A stretch of DNA of 64,000 nt from Euglena gracilis (lineage: Eukaryota): assembly GCA_039621445.1 (NCBI GenBank), contig CP154954.1, forward strand, positions 38,115,703-38,179,702, in the 5' to 3' direction. The notes beneath the pieces are model-generated. The model made no database searches and was not told where the DNA came from. It saw nothing but the letters and a program-made list of their open reading frames with translations. Position numbers and translations under genes: made by a program. This document shows, piece after piece, positions 45,901 through 59,400 of the stretch (position 1 is its first letter; each line of letters starts with the position of its first letter).

Positions 45901-48900
45901 AACAAGCTCCTCAGGAATTACATGCACACATCACATGCGCACATTTGTTGACGACAGCATGGACTGACTGAATCACCCGAACACCGCTTCGCCCCCCCCC
46001 AAAATATGAACACAACCAACCATCGCGACGGATCAATGCCTGTACAACCGGGCCGCCAGCCCTGCTCGTGCTCCTCGTGGTCGGTCTCCCCATCCCGGCG
46101 CGCCGCGGGGCCAGGCTTCTTTTTAAGACCCCCGGGGGGGGAGGGGGGGTTCCCCCCCACCCACCCAGGGTGGCGCAGGACCCCCGGGGGGGGGGGGACC
46201 CCCCCAAAATCGGGCCCGTTAAAGGCAATTTTCAAAAAATTTTCGGCGCTTCGCACCGAAAAGGTATACCCAGCGCCTCCGGTGCGGGACCCCCCCCCCC
46301 GGGGGGGGTCCGGCCCGGACCCACCCGCCCACCCCCTCCCCTGGGGGGGGGGGGGTCAGGTGACTTAAAAAGAAGCCTGCGCGGGGCCCAGCATGACCCG
46401 CGGGGTGCGGACATGCACGATTGGCGGCACACCGGCGAGACCACGGGGCGGCAAATGCCCCCCAAATGGTTGGGGCGTATTTCTGTCGGCAGAAAGTGGT
46501 GGAAAATTCTCTGCTGGATCAAGCTTGGCCTAACCCCCCCCAAAATAAGACTCGGGTCTTATTTTTGGGTCCGTTGCTGGAAACCTCCAGGGGGGGGGGT
46601 CTTATTTTTTGGGCGTTCTTAATTTCTTAAACTTTTTCTTGACCGACCCGGGCCCAAAAAAAAACCATCATTTTTCAGCTTCCCAGAAGCATTAAAATTT
46701 TTCGTTTGGCGCTTCGCACCATGGGTGAATTTGGTGTAAGTTGACATTTAGCATGTTTTTTTGCACTTCAAAAACGTGAAAATTTTTGAAGTTTCATCAT
46801 TTTTGTGTGTGAAATTGGGGTTTTTTGTTAATTTCTCATCTTCGGCGCTTCGAGCCGTCAGGGGGGTCTGATTTTTGGGGGGGGTCTTATTTTTGGGGTT
46901 TAGAAGAGAAAAAACCGGGGAGGGTTGTGCTAGCCTGGCCAGGGCTGCAGCGGGGGGAAAGGCGCGTTGATCGCCACTCCCTGGCTGGCTGGCAATCAAA
47001 AATAGGCATACACTTCCAGGTTCACAACAGGTTCACAAACGGAGGAAAACAACAACCCGGGAATTGCGTTGGGTGAAAAAATAATGGAAGAATAGGGACA
47101 ATAGAAAAAAGGCAACGTCCAGGCACAACAGCCCAAATGGCTGACACAAACTTTCACCCCAGGGAACAGCACTTGGGTCAACGTCACCCCACGCACTCCG
47201 CTGGGGGGGGGGGGACGGCTGTAGTGCGCAAAGAGCCCCCGGCGGCGTGGGCGAGTGGTCCAGGTCCATTGTTGTGCTGCGGCGGCTCAGCGGACGGGCG
47301 GGGGACACGTCGTGGGCCCACGACCCCGGGGAGTGCCCCTCCCTCGCCGTACCGGAGTCTGCAGGGCGAGAGAGAAGAAAGGAACCCGCTTGGCACTGCT
47401 GCAGGTTGGCCCAAATACGTCGTTTCTGCCGCCGGGCCCTGAGGTTCTGTGGCATGGTAATGTGCCGGGGACGCACGGTATTGCGCGGGATGGGGGACCT
47501 GCGCCGCCCGGCACACCACCGCCGCCGCCGCCCGGCACGCCGTCCGGCTTCAGGACGACGGCGGCCACCACCGTCCGGCACCGCCGCAGCCCTGCAGTGC
47601 CAGGCAATGTGGGCGGTCCGCCCAGCAGCCACCACACAGGGGTCTCGGAGGTTTGGGGGTGCCCAGACTGGATGGCAAAGCGGGCCAACGGAGTGGATGG
47701 GGGCCAGCAAGGTCATGCGCCACCCCCCCCCAACCCCGGCCCCCCCCCCAAAACGGGGCCACGGCAGGCAGCAGTGTGGGCGACCACTGCTGCCAACCCC
47801 TCCCGCGGGATGGCACACACCCGGCTGGTGCTGGGCCACGGTGGGCACCAGCTTGCACGTGACGTACTTGTGCCGCCGCTGCGGGGCCAGGCGCCGGCCC
47901 GCCTTGTCCCCCCCCCCCCCGAGGGTGTGTTCCATTCGCCCGGACGGCCAAGCGCGAACCGCCGGGGACGCCGTGGCACTCCCGCAAGCAGCGCCACCCA
48001 AACCTTAACGCTGGCGGAGCTGGGGGAAAATGGAAAAACAAGCACCGGAGTGCATGAAAACCGCACGGATCGTCGGATGGATTTGAAAAGGTGCAGACGA
48101 CCTCCACAATGAACAGTCGAGACCACCGCGCTGGAAAGCTCCCGCAGTGGGCAGGCAAAGAATGGGGGGAGGCTGTGCGGGGGGGGCCCATCGCTGAAGC
48201 GGGGCACTGGCCTGTGCAGGACCAGCCGACACGGGCGGCCGGGCTGCAGCTTCTGGAACGCCGCCTTGAACAGGCGCAGGGACGGCGTGCGGCGGGAGTT
48301 GACCTGGACGATGAAGTCGAACACCTGCGCCGGGGCGGAAGTGAAACGCGTCAGCCCAACCGTGCTGGGAGAATGTTTCATGTGAAACCGTTGGGCAGCA
48401 GCTGAGGCCGGGAGGGGAGCAGACCCCCTCCATCCGGCCAAGGAGCGGAGAGTGGGGGGGGGGGGGCACGGCACTCCTTGCCACCTTGACTCTGTAAACC
48501 CTCCAAATATCGAACCAGTCATCCCCCCGAGACCTGTCCCTGCTTCCTGTCTGCCTTTAGCGACCACCGGACAACAAGACAGAAGGCGCGACGGCCGGCG
48601 GTGCCACAGCCCCGGGGCTGAAGGGGGGGAGGACCTGGATCCCACTCCTGGCAGCCGGGCTGTGCTCCTTGACTCGGATGACCTGGGGAGGGCATGGGCG
48701 GAAGACGTACAGGGCACAGGGCGACGGCACTGACCGGCAGGGGAAACAGATGCTCAATGTGTGTGTGGGGTGGGTGGGTGGGTGGGTGGGTGGGTGGGTG
48801 GGTGGGTGGGGTGGGTGGGGTGGGTGGGGTGGGGTGGGTGGGTGGGTGGGGTGGGGTGGGTGGGTGGGTGGGGTGGGTGGGTGGGTGGGGTGGGTGGGTG

Positions 48901-48993
48901 GGTGGGGTGGGTGGGTGGGGTGGGTGGGGTGGGTGGGTGGGTGGGTGGGTGGGGGTGAGTGCGTGCGTGAGTGCGTGTGAGTGAGTGCGTGTT

Positions 48994-49029
<36 letters not shown>

Positions 49030-49132
49030 GTTGTGGTGTGTGTGTGGTGTGGTGGTGGTGTGGTGGTGTGGGTGGGGGTGTGTGTGGGGGGGTGGGTGGG
49101 TGTGTGGATGTGTGGGTGTGTGTGTGGGTGTG

Positions 49133-49165
<33 letters not shown>

Positions 49166-49185
49166 GTGTGTTGTGTGTGTGTGTG

Positions 49186-49266
<81 letters not shown>

Positions 49267-49343
49267 TGTGTTTGTGTGTTTGTGTGTGTGTGTGTGTGGT
49301 GTGTGTGTGTGTGTGGGTGGGTGTGTGTGTGTGGTGGGGGTGT

Positions 49344-49427
<84 letters not shown>

Positions 49428-49430
49428 TGT

Positions 49431-49469
<39 letters not shown>

Positions 49470-52400
49470 GGTGTGTGGGGGGGGTGTGGGTGTGTGTGGG
49501 TGTGTGTGGGTGTGTGGGTGTGTGTGGGGGGGGGTGTGGGTGTGGTGTGGGTGTGTGGGGGGGGGGTGTGTGTGGGTGTGGGTGGGTGGGTGGGTGTGTG
49601 TGTGTGTGCGTGTGTGTGTGTGTGTGTGTGCGTGTGCGTGCGTGTGTGTGGGTTTGTGTGTGCACGTGTCTTCTGCAAAATCCTGCTTCTCAGGCAAAAA
49701 ACTTAAGATTTTGGGCTGCTGGCAAACTTGCCTGCGCGGAAAACGGTCGACTAGAGGTTCAATTCTGTTGGGTGGAGGGGGGCAGATACATCAACGAAGG
49801 CTGGCTCTCCAAATCACCTACCACAACGGAACCTTCAGTGCTCCGTAGCCATGCCGGACCCGGGTCGCCCGGAGCCAGAGGCTGTCCGTCATCTCGAGGC
49901 CGATGTACGCGTGCCTCTGCCGCTCGTCCCCGGAGTCCTCCAGGCCCCCAAGGCCCGCCGCGTCCGACACGTCCTCGAACAGCAGCCTGCAGTGGGGATA
50001 CGACTCCGGGAAAACAAAAGGTTTTTGCTGTGGCCAGTGTCGCAGCGCAGTGGTGACACCTTTCGGACACAGGGCTCAGGGTTCGATATTAAGGCAGGCG
50101 GGGAAGGATGGGTTGGACCCCTCCCCCCCCCCCCGGTCCACGCGGTGCGGGTGACCGATTTTCAGCCCGACGTGCAGTTCTGGGCCGAAATTTCTTGCCC
50201 CGCAAAATCGGCCAAAAATGCCCATTTTGGGCATTTTCTGGGCAAAAAAATTGCCAAAATGCCCCAATTTTTTCAGGGTAAAGTGTCAGAAAGAAAGATT
50301 TGGACTTTGGGGGGTCCCAGGTAAACCCCCCCAAATAACACCCCTCCAAGGTACTATTTTTTCGCCCGTCCCGACCTGAGGGGGGGGGGTACTATTTGGG
50401 GGGTCGCTGAGCTCTTATCCCTTTATGGGTAAGATCGAAGCTTACCACTGGGGGAAAACCCCCCCGAACCCCCCCCCTCCCCCCCCCCTCGGGGCCACCT
50501 CGGGAACCGGCGGATTATCACCATGATCCCGGCCCCGTTCCCGAAATTTTTTTTTTCAGTCGCGAGCGACTGGATTCCTAGTTTCCGAATCACCTGGGTT
50601 TGACCCCCAACTCCCCGCCAGGCCCGAGTTATTCACGCGCGAAGGGGTCCAAACTGGGTAGGATTCGCCAACCCCCCCTGGATAAGCCCCCCCCCTTTGG
50701 ACGGCCAAAAAATGTCAATTTTCAAAATATCTCCAAAATGAAGCAAAATCAAAGGAAATGTCCGGAGACCTAATTTGAAGCCCTTGGAACGCCCCATATG
50801 CCGGTATTTTGATTTCCCCGCAACTCCCCGCCTGGCCCGAGATACGGCCATTTTTGGCCCGGATGGCCGTTTTGTACCCGCCCCCCCCCCTTGTCCACCG
50901 ACCGGGTTCCTGCGACCCCCGACCAGGGGGGGTGGTCGTACACCCCCCACAACCTGCAACCCCCGACCGGGGGGTGGTCGTACCACTAGGGGCCAAAACA
51001 AAACCAAAAGCCAAAAAAGGTGCAATTTCATAACGGTAATATTTCTCCCCATTAGGTGAGGGACCAATGCCATCACTACACTCAAACAAAACAGGACTCC
51101 CCGGAGGGAACATGACGAACACTCAAGGGACAGGAAACACGGGAAAAAAGCTGGTCAATAAGCACATGAGAGGAAAAATTTTGGTCGTCACCTGCAACCC
51201 CCGACCAGGGAGGGTGGTCGTACACCCCCCTCCACCTGCAACCCCCGACCGGGGGGTGGTCGGTATATAGGGGTGGTCGGTGGACAAGGGGGGGGGCGGG
51301 TACACTTTTCCCACTGTCCGACTTAGCCGTTTTCGGGGGGTGGGGGGTCAAAAAACGAATGTTTTCAAAATTTCTCGAAAATGTTGCAAAATCAAAGGAA
51401 ATGTCCGGAGACCTAAATTGAAGCCCTTGGAACGCTCTATCTACTGGGACTTTGGTTTCCCCACAACTCCCCGCCCAGCCCGAGATACGGGCGTTTTTTG
51501 GCCAATTTGGGCCGTTTCAGGCCATTTTGTACACTTTTCCCTCTGTTCGACTAGGCCGTTTTCGGCCCAAAAAGTCGAAAAAAATCGAAAAAAATTTTTT
51601 GCCCCGAAACGATGTTTTTTGGCCTCCCGGACCCGGAAAAACTGTTTTTGAGCCGAAAACGAGCGTTTTTCGACCCGCCAGCGCCCCGTTTTGGGCCGCC
51701 GACCCATTGACTTTGGGTCAAAACCGGGTCGAAAAAGTCGAAAAAAATCGAAAAAATTTTTTTTGCCCGAAACGATGTTTTTTGGCCTCCCGGACCCGGA
51801 AAAACTGTTTTTGAGCCGAAAACGAGCGTTTTTCGACCCGCCAGCGCCCCGTTTTGGGCCGCCGACCCATTGACTTTGGGTCAAAACCGGGTCGAAAAAG
51901 TCGAAAAAAATCGAAAAAATTTTTTTTGCCCGAAACGATGTTTTTTGGCCTCCCGGACCCGGAAAAACTGTTTTCGAGCCGAAAACGAGCGTTTTTCGAC
52001 CCGCCAGCGCCCCGTTTTGGGCCGCCGACCCATTGACTTTGGGTCAAAACCGGGTCGAAAAAGTCGAAAAAAATGCAAAAAAAAGTTTTTTTTTTTTTTG
52101 GCCTCCCGGACCCGGAAAAACTGTTTTTGAGCCGAAAACGAGCGTTTTTCGACCCGCCAGCGCCCCGTTTTGGACCGCCGACCCATTGACTTTGGGTCAA
52201 AAACGGGTCAAAAAAAGTCGAAAAAATTCGAAAAACATTTTTTTGCCCAAAACGATGTTTTTGGGCCTCCCGGACCCAGAAAAACTGTTTTGAGCCGAAA
52301 ACGAGCGTTTTTCGACCCGCCAGCGCCCCGTTTTGGACCGCCGACCCATTGACTTTGGGTCAAAACCGGGTCAAAAAAGTCGAAAAAAATGCAAAAAAAA

Positions 52401-55400
52401 ATTTTTGCCCGAAACGATGTTTTTTGGCCGCCCGGACCCAGAAAAACTGCTTTGATCCGAAAACGAGCGTTTTTCGGGCCGCCGGGCCGCCGGGCTGCCG
52501 GCCGGGCCGCCGGCCGGACCGCCGGGCCGCCGGGCCGCCGGCCGGGCCGCCTGGCCGCCGCCGGGCCGCCGGGCCGCCGGCCGGACCGCCGGGCCGCCGG
52601 CCGGACCGCCGGGCCGCCGGCCGGCCGCCGGGCCGCCGGGCCGCCGGCCGGGCCGCCGGGCCGCCGGCCAGGCCGCCGGGCCGCCGGGCCGCCGGCCGGA
52701 CCGCCGAGCCGCCGGCCGGGCTGCCGGGCCGCCGGGCCGCCGGCCGGGCCGCCGGGCTGCCGGGCCGTCGGGCCGCCGGGCCGGGGTCAATGAAGGCGTG
52801 CGGGCGCCCTTATAAAGAGCTCAGCACTATTCAAAACCTGGTATTATTCCCCCAAATTTTCGAAAATTTTCGAAGTCCTGTAGGAGCCAAAATAGCGCCA
52901 AAGCTCCCCTTTGGGGTCATTTTTCGTACTTTCTTCTGAAATTTACCATTTTTTTAGAGGTCAGATGATCCAGAAAAATCGATTTTTTTTTCTTAATTTG
53001 TTGTCAGAAATTGTGCTTCTTTTTAACCTACATTTCAGGTCAAATCCTTATTTATTATTTTGATTATTATTTTGATTTATTGGTGATTATTTCAGTCGCC
53101 GAAGTCGGACCCCAAGGGGGGTATTATTTGGGGGGGGTATTATTTGAGGGGGGGTATTACTTGGAGGGAGGGTTTACCCCCCAGGGCCGGTCCTGAACCC
53201 CCGGTCCAAGACGGGAGACAACCCCCCCCCCCCCAACCTGTACACCCTCCTATCGAACCTTGGGCGGGCTGTTGACGACGCCCCACGGGAAAGGTGACAG
53301 AACTTCCTTGGGTGTCACTGGCTCTCCACTGGTGTGAGGGCAGGAGAGGTGGGAGTTGTATTGGTGGGGGGGGAATTAGAGACACAAGCCCCCGGAAAAG
53401 CCAAGAGACGTTCAGATACCAAAATGATGTGCAATCCCTAAAAATCTGCCTGAAGCGTGAAGCGCACGCAATGGGATTTCTTTTCTTGTGTAAATGATGA
53501 TTTTCCGTGGGCCTGGATCAGCCAAGTGATTGGTCCAGCTCACATGCTGGAAAATTAGGGCTGGCTGGAAATAGCTATTGGCTGACTCACCCATAAGAGT
53601 CTCCTGGCTAGAACTGGTCTAAATCCGACCTCTGGTGAACCATGCCTTTGGGCACAGCATTGCCCAGCATCGCCCAGCATCCAGGGTCGAAACCCAGAAA
53701 AAATCAAAAAGTGTAAAAGTGCAAAAGTGCAAAAAAAAATTTCCAAAATACAAAATACAAAATACAAATTTTTTACAATTTTTTTGGAAATGCAAAAAAA
53801 AGTGCAATTTTTTTTACAAAATACAAAACTACAAAAATACAAAATTTTTTATTTTACAATTTTTTTGGAAATGCAAAAAAATGCTCAAAAACAACTGACA
53901 AACTGACATAAAACAAAAAGGCCTATTTTTGAACTGCAAAATTGGCCTGCCTTCTGACCATTTTTGCCATTTTGGCTCATTTAACACCTACTGCAAAAAC
54001 CAAAAATGCAGGAAAGGAAAGCACCCCATAAAGAGAAGGGGGGGAGGGCATTTAATGACTGGGGGAGGGGTGATCTGGACCCCCCTCCCCCGAGGGGAAA
54101 AACTTGGCGCGAAGCGCCAGATTTTTGAACGTGCCCAGAAGTGCCAAAAATTGTGTTTACAGGTGATTTTTTTTCACAAATTGACAACAGACGATAAAAA
54201 CACAAGTTTTCCAGCTCAAAGCGCTGGTGATGAGTTCTCTTGGTTCCAGGGGGTCCTGGACCCCCCACTGCCCTGGGGGGTCAGACCCGCCTAGTAAAAA
54301 ACCAACGCTCACTAAATACCCCTGGGGAGGGAGTCCAGGGCTGGGGAAAAGTCCCGGGGGGGATGGGGTGCTCTTCCGCTTAAAAATGAGGCAGTGTATC
54401 TGAACAATCCAAAAAATCATTCAAAACTTTCTTCTTTTCTGTTTCCGAAATTCAAATTTTCAGCACTCTGAGGAATTGTTTTCATACGGCAATTTTGGGG
54501 AGGGGTCCAACTTTCAACGTGGAGTCTTCTTTGGGAAGGGGCAGCCACCCACGCGGTCAGCCTTGGAGTGCACTTTTGTTACGACCTGCTCCTGAGCGCG
54601 AGGCGGAAAATGACCCCATTCCGGGGATGACCCACCTTGCATTGAAAGCCCAGCCAGAGATAGGGCTGGAGATAGAAGGGGAATAATGCAAAGGCAAATT
54701 GGGCTGGACAAAACTGGGCAGGCAAGTCCCGCCCCACTAAATCCGCCCCCCCCCCTAAATAACCTGGCGGGGCCCTTGCTCCTGGCAGTGGCCAAATAAC
54801 TTGGCAGGGGGCCAGGCAAAAAAAAGATTGCTCAAGTAACTTGGCACCGCCACTTTAAGGGAAAAGCAGCTTGTGCCGCTAAAAAAAAAGGGCGCAAACG
54901 ACCTGGCAGGGGGAATGCCAAACAGATGGTTCCAATAACTTGGCACCCGCCGGGTTACTTGGGGAGGGGGGCGTGTTTCCGGGGCCGCTCTCCCTCCTCC
55001 GCCAAGGGCACACCGCTCATCCTCCGGGTCCACGTCGGTCGCCCCCTCCCGGTCCCCGCCCGGCGCTGCCCAGCGGCCGTGGCCGGGGGCCCCTTCCGCC
55101 AGCTTCGGGTCCTGGAACACCCGGCAACCGCAGGCCCGCACACGGACTTCCCGGTGCCCTCCGGCACGGGACACGGGCTGAGCACGGGGTCTGCCCCCGC
55201 CCAGCCTGGTGGGGGACCCCTCCAAAAAATCGGGCCGTCTGAAAGTGCTTTTCGGTCCAGCCGGGCTTTGCTGGGCAGTGGTAACTTTTTTTCCACTTGG
55301 GGGTTCTCAGCCCCCGGCTGGGAGGAAAAAAAAGTGGGGCTGGCTGGATCCCCCCCACATGTGTGGGTCTGGCATTTAAAATTCCCTCCGTCCGAGGTAA

Positions 55401-56425
55401 ACGAAGCCTGGGCTGGTTCCTGGAGAACGGGGGGGGGGGGTCACTCGCTTCACCAGCAATGAATCAAAATGATGTGCGGCTTCCCCTCACCGGGGTGTGT
55501 GCCGCGGCCTGGGCATCGCCGGCGGTACTTCTTCGGGCGCTGCCACACGTCATCACCGGCAGACACGGCCGCCGTCCCAGTGCCAGGCCCGACCGGACCG
55601 GACCTGACGGAGCGCCGACACCCGGCACGAGAGACCGTATTCGCAGGGCGGCTGGCAGGCTGGCTGGAGGCAGCCGGCGAGAGGGGAGGCCTGTCTGTGG
55701 TGTGTGCCGTGCCGCACCGCCCGCGATGGCTTTCGCCGCACGTTTCGAACCCCAGCGGCCATTGCTGGAGCCGGCGGTGCATTTTGTATCATGGGAAGGG
55801 CGACACGAATTGAAAAAACCTTTGGCTTGGTGGTTGTCGGGACATCACGAGGCGGGACATACAGGTTAAGGGTGGCCAGAGAGTTTCTGTCGGTCCAAAA
55901 ATAAGGGGGGGAACCATGAGGCAATGGACAGGAAAGGCACAAACCCAATCGTCAAAATGCACGGCCTGCGGAGTCCCCGGTGCCTCCGTCCGTTGCGTCG
56001 ATCGGGTGGATGGAGTGGACGGGTGTACCCCGCGGAGGGGGGTGGTGAGTCGACCCTTGATGGGCGTGGAGATGGCCGACCCCTGCAGGAAGGCCACCGA
56101 AATGCAACCACATCTGTCACGCAGACGAGATATTGACGACCCAGCTCAGGGAGGAAACTAGGAGTGTGGCATGCCCCCCCCCTGCAGAACACATGGGCAA
56201 CCCAAAAACGTTCTATCAATGAGCTTCTGAATGCACTCTTAAAAGCTTTGGTGGTTCCATTCCAGGCTTTCTCCTTCAGGGGTGGTAACGGTTGGGGAGG
56301 GACGGAGAAGAAGCATCACCATCAAATCAACAAGGCCAACAGTGAAAAGGCAAAGCAGAGCAAGAGAGTACCTGCATGCCATATGCTGCCGGCACGTCGC
56401 TGACACCTGAGGGGCAGGGTTTACC

Positions 56426-56479
<54 letters not shown>

Positions 56480-59400
56480 TGTGTGTGTATTGTCCTAATA
56501 ATAAACCCACACTTCTGCTTTCGGTTCTCAATACACTGACAAACAAATAATTGTTGTGTATTTCCAGAGAGCTTGACCTTGAAACCTGCCATCACGGCAA
56601 ACTTCGTGCTCAGGGGCCGATTGCTCTTGCCGACTCACAAAAGGGGGATCCGCAGGGAATGAGAGCCCTTAAATAATAATCTGATAGCAATAACAATAAC
56701 AATAACAATAACAATAACAATAACAATAACAACAACAATAACAATAACAATAGCAATAACAATAACAAAAATAACAACAACAACAACGATGATGATAATG
56801 ATGATGATAATGACGACGATGATGATGACGAGACGACGACGACGACAACAACAACAAAAACCATTTTTCTGGCCCCAGCGCCAACAAGGGGAAAGGGAAA
56901 ATATCACCGCTACTGCCAAGATCGCTGCTCCTCCCCTCCAAGCCTGATACAGCTTCCCACTTAGCTTACCAAACGTCACCTGCCGCCGCCACACGATTTC
57001 AACCGATGAATTTTGGCAGATTGCCTTTTGCACGTGGTGCAGCCGGCGGTGTGTTTTCTGTCCAAAGGGCGGGCACACCGGGGCCCCCGGGCAAAATGCC
57101 TGCCGCCTTCTGTACGGCGGCGAAGGACAGCCTCCGGTGCCGGCGGCGCTTCCTCTTCAGGCCTGCCGGGGCAGGAAGGGACAGCCCACAAACGCCCAGG
57201 GGCAGAAGGCCCACACATTTTCTGGCCAACCTTTGCATTGCCGCCGGGGGTTTGCATTGCCGCTGGGGGGGGGGGGATCTGCGACAGGGCACCTCAAGAT
57301 GTGCAGGGCAAAAAAATGCAAAGAAGTGCAAAAAGTGCAAAAAATATGCAAATTCTGTACAAATTCTTTCAAAAGTTCCCCGGGCTGTACACTTTGAAAT
57401 TGGTGCAAAAACGTCAGGTATGCAACCTCCAGTTGTCTAAAAGTAGAGCGATTTGCCTGCACAAATGCCTGGAAAAAATCAGAAAGGTAAAATATGCGAA
57501 AAAGCAAAAAATGAGACTGTTCACAACTTATTCACTGTTGAAAAAAAAATCCAAATTGTGCAAAAAATTCAAATTATGCAACTTGCATATTTGCCCCCCC
57601 CATCTACACCCAGCCTCTGGCCCGCAGGGCACAGGTCTCAGCTTGACTCGCTGGGCTGGGAAATTCCCACCGCCTCTCCACTGTAATGCCGTGGCTGCTC
57701 TGTCCCTTTGGGACAGCTGCCCTGCCCCGCCCCCAGCCCCCAAGGCGTGGGGAAGAGTTAATGGGCAGGTTGCTGGTCCTGAAAAATTCTCCTCCCGAAA
57801 CATTTGAGTTCGTGTGCAACAGCCAGAAGGGTGTACCTGTGAGAAGCTGAGAAAGGAGGGCAGTCTTTCATTCGATCCTGGTGACGCCAGCCACCGAATG
57901 ACCCAAGGTCCATGTGTCCCCCACACCCCGCCAGCAGTACAAACCACCCCAACGGAGGACACTGCGCCGGCAAATCCGTGCCGTGGCGGGCCACACCGGC
58001 CTGGCGCCTCCGCCGCACCGGGCCGCTGCTCTCGGACGCGTGGCTCAAGGGGGGCGGAAACGTGGGCTCATCGTCGGAGGGGCCAGCCTTGGCGGGGCTG
58101 GCTGTGGGTGACCGGGTCGGCGCAGAGGGCGTCGACGGCAACCCGAGGGCTGGCGGCGCCCCTGCCACGCGAGGCGGGCTCCGGTTGCCGGTGCGAAGGA
58201 CGATGCCCCGCACGGACACCATTTACCACTGTGTCGCAGGGATCACTTTGAGGGAAAATGGGTTGACACTTTCAGCTTTCAGTCCGGCAGGCCGATCACG
58301 ACAATCTGACAGCCGAGGACACAGTTCAGTGTGGGCCATGCTGCGGGTAGTGGGACCCCCACACCAGGCTGTTTTATAAACCATACCCCCCTTCGGGCCG
58401 GCCGTATGGGTGAACAAAACAGCCTGGTGCGGAGCGTGGTGAAAAGGAACGACACTGGGCACCTGGGGTGACTGCCCCTGGGGCACCGGGCGTTGAGGAA
58501 CTGGGCCTCTTCTTGGCCCCCTTGGAGGACCTCGGCGTTGTGCTCCTGAGACACAGTGCCGGGCACATCATGCGTGGAGTTGGACTTCACCAAAACACGC
58601 ACCATTGTCTGTATTTGCATGCAGGATGCTCCTGAAAGACCGGATGTTAGGTTGTTCCTCCATTTCCTCATATGGCCGGGCAGGGCTGCATGGGAATCCC
58701 TGAAACCCTATTGGCGGTGGGGGTGGAGTCCGACCCCCCACCAGCCCTTCCCGCATTTCCGGGGGCGCCAATTTTAGGTCAAAATTTTTTTCAGCACCTT
58801 CAGCACCAAAGGAATTTATCCTTGGGATCAGAATTTTTTTGGGCCAGGAGCAAACGTTGTTTTTGGCCCCTCCCCCCGGATATGTGTGTCCTGTGTCACG
58901 CCCTCAGGGAACAAACAAAAAAAATGGAGAAATCCGGTGGAGTTCCACAATTCTATTTCCGTTACTTTTTTTCAGACCGGGACCAAAAGTGGGAGTGAAA
59001 ATAGGACCATAACCCGAGGAAAAAATTGCTCCTTGCTCTCGCTGAGTAAAACGAAAAAAGCATAAAGAGTCGGGGCACAGGACAATAACAAGCACAGAGA
59101 TGAAAGGAAAAAAGACAACACTTTTACGTGAGGTGACAGGTTGGCGACCACAGAAGGTGAAAAACGACAGGACAGATCAACTTCGACGGTCTGGGTGTTT
59201 GGGCGTTGACGGGAGCCCTTGCACGCCAAAGTAACGCCCTGGCCGAGACGCCCTATGCACGAATGGGCGGTGCAAAAGACTGCAATACAAACATGATAAA
59301 AACCCGGCAGCATCCCATCGAGGCGTACCCTTTCGGCGCCCGGGGGTCGGCCGGCCGGTCCCGCTGTCCGGCGCCGCCCGCCCGGCCGGGCCCCGCCCGC

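Larger units (their letters stand above)
50077..53262. mobile_element. Nested transposon cluster: hAT-like MITE > TA-flanked element (50322-53176) > satellite-bearing element (~50406-52825) > TA-flanked MITE (50875-51302)
   Basis: End pairs CAGGGTTCGATA/TATCGAACCTTG; TAAACCC/GGGTTTA; GCTGAGCTCTT/AAGAGCTCAGC; TACCCGC(C)nTTGTCCACCGACC and its reverse complement. Confidence 0.7.

Noticed and set aside
48519-50056. His/Thr/Pro- or Cys/Val-repeat proteins (also 42440-42996 and 34180-34669)
   Set aside because: Translations of simple repeats.
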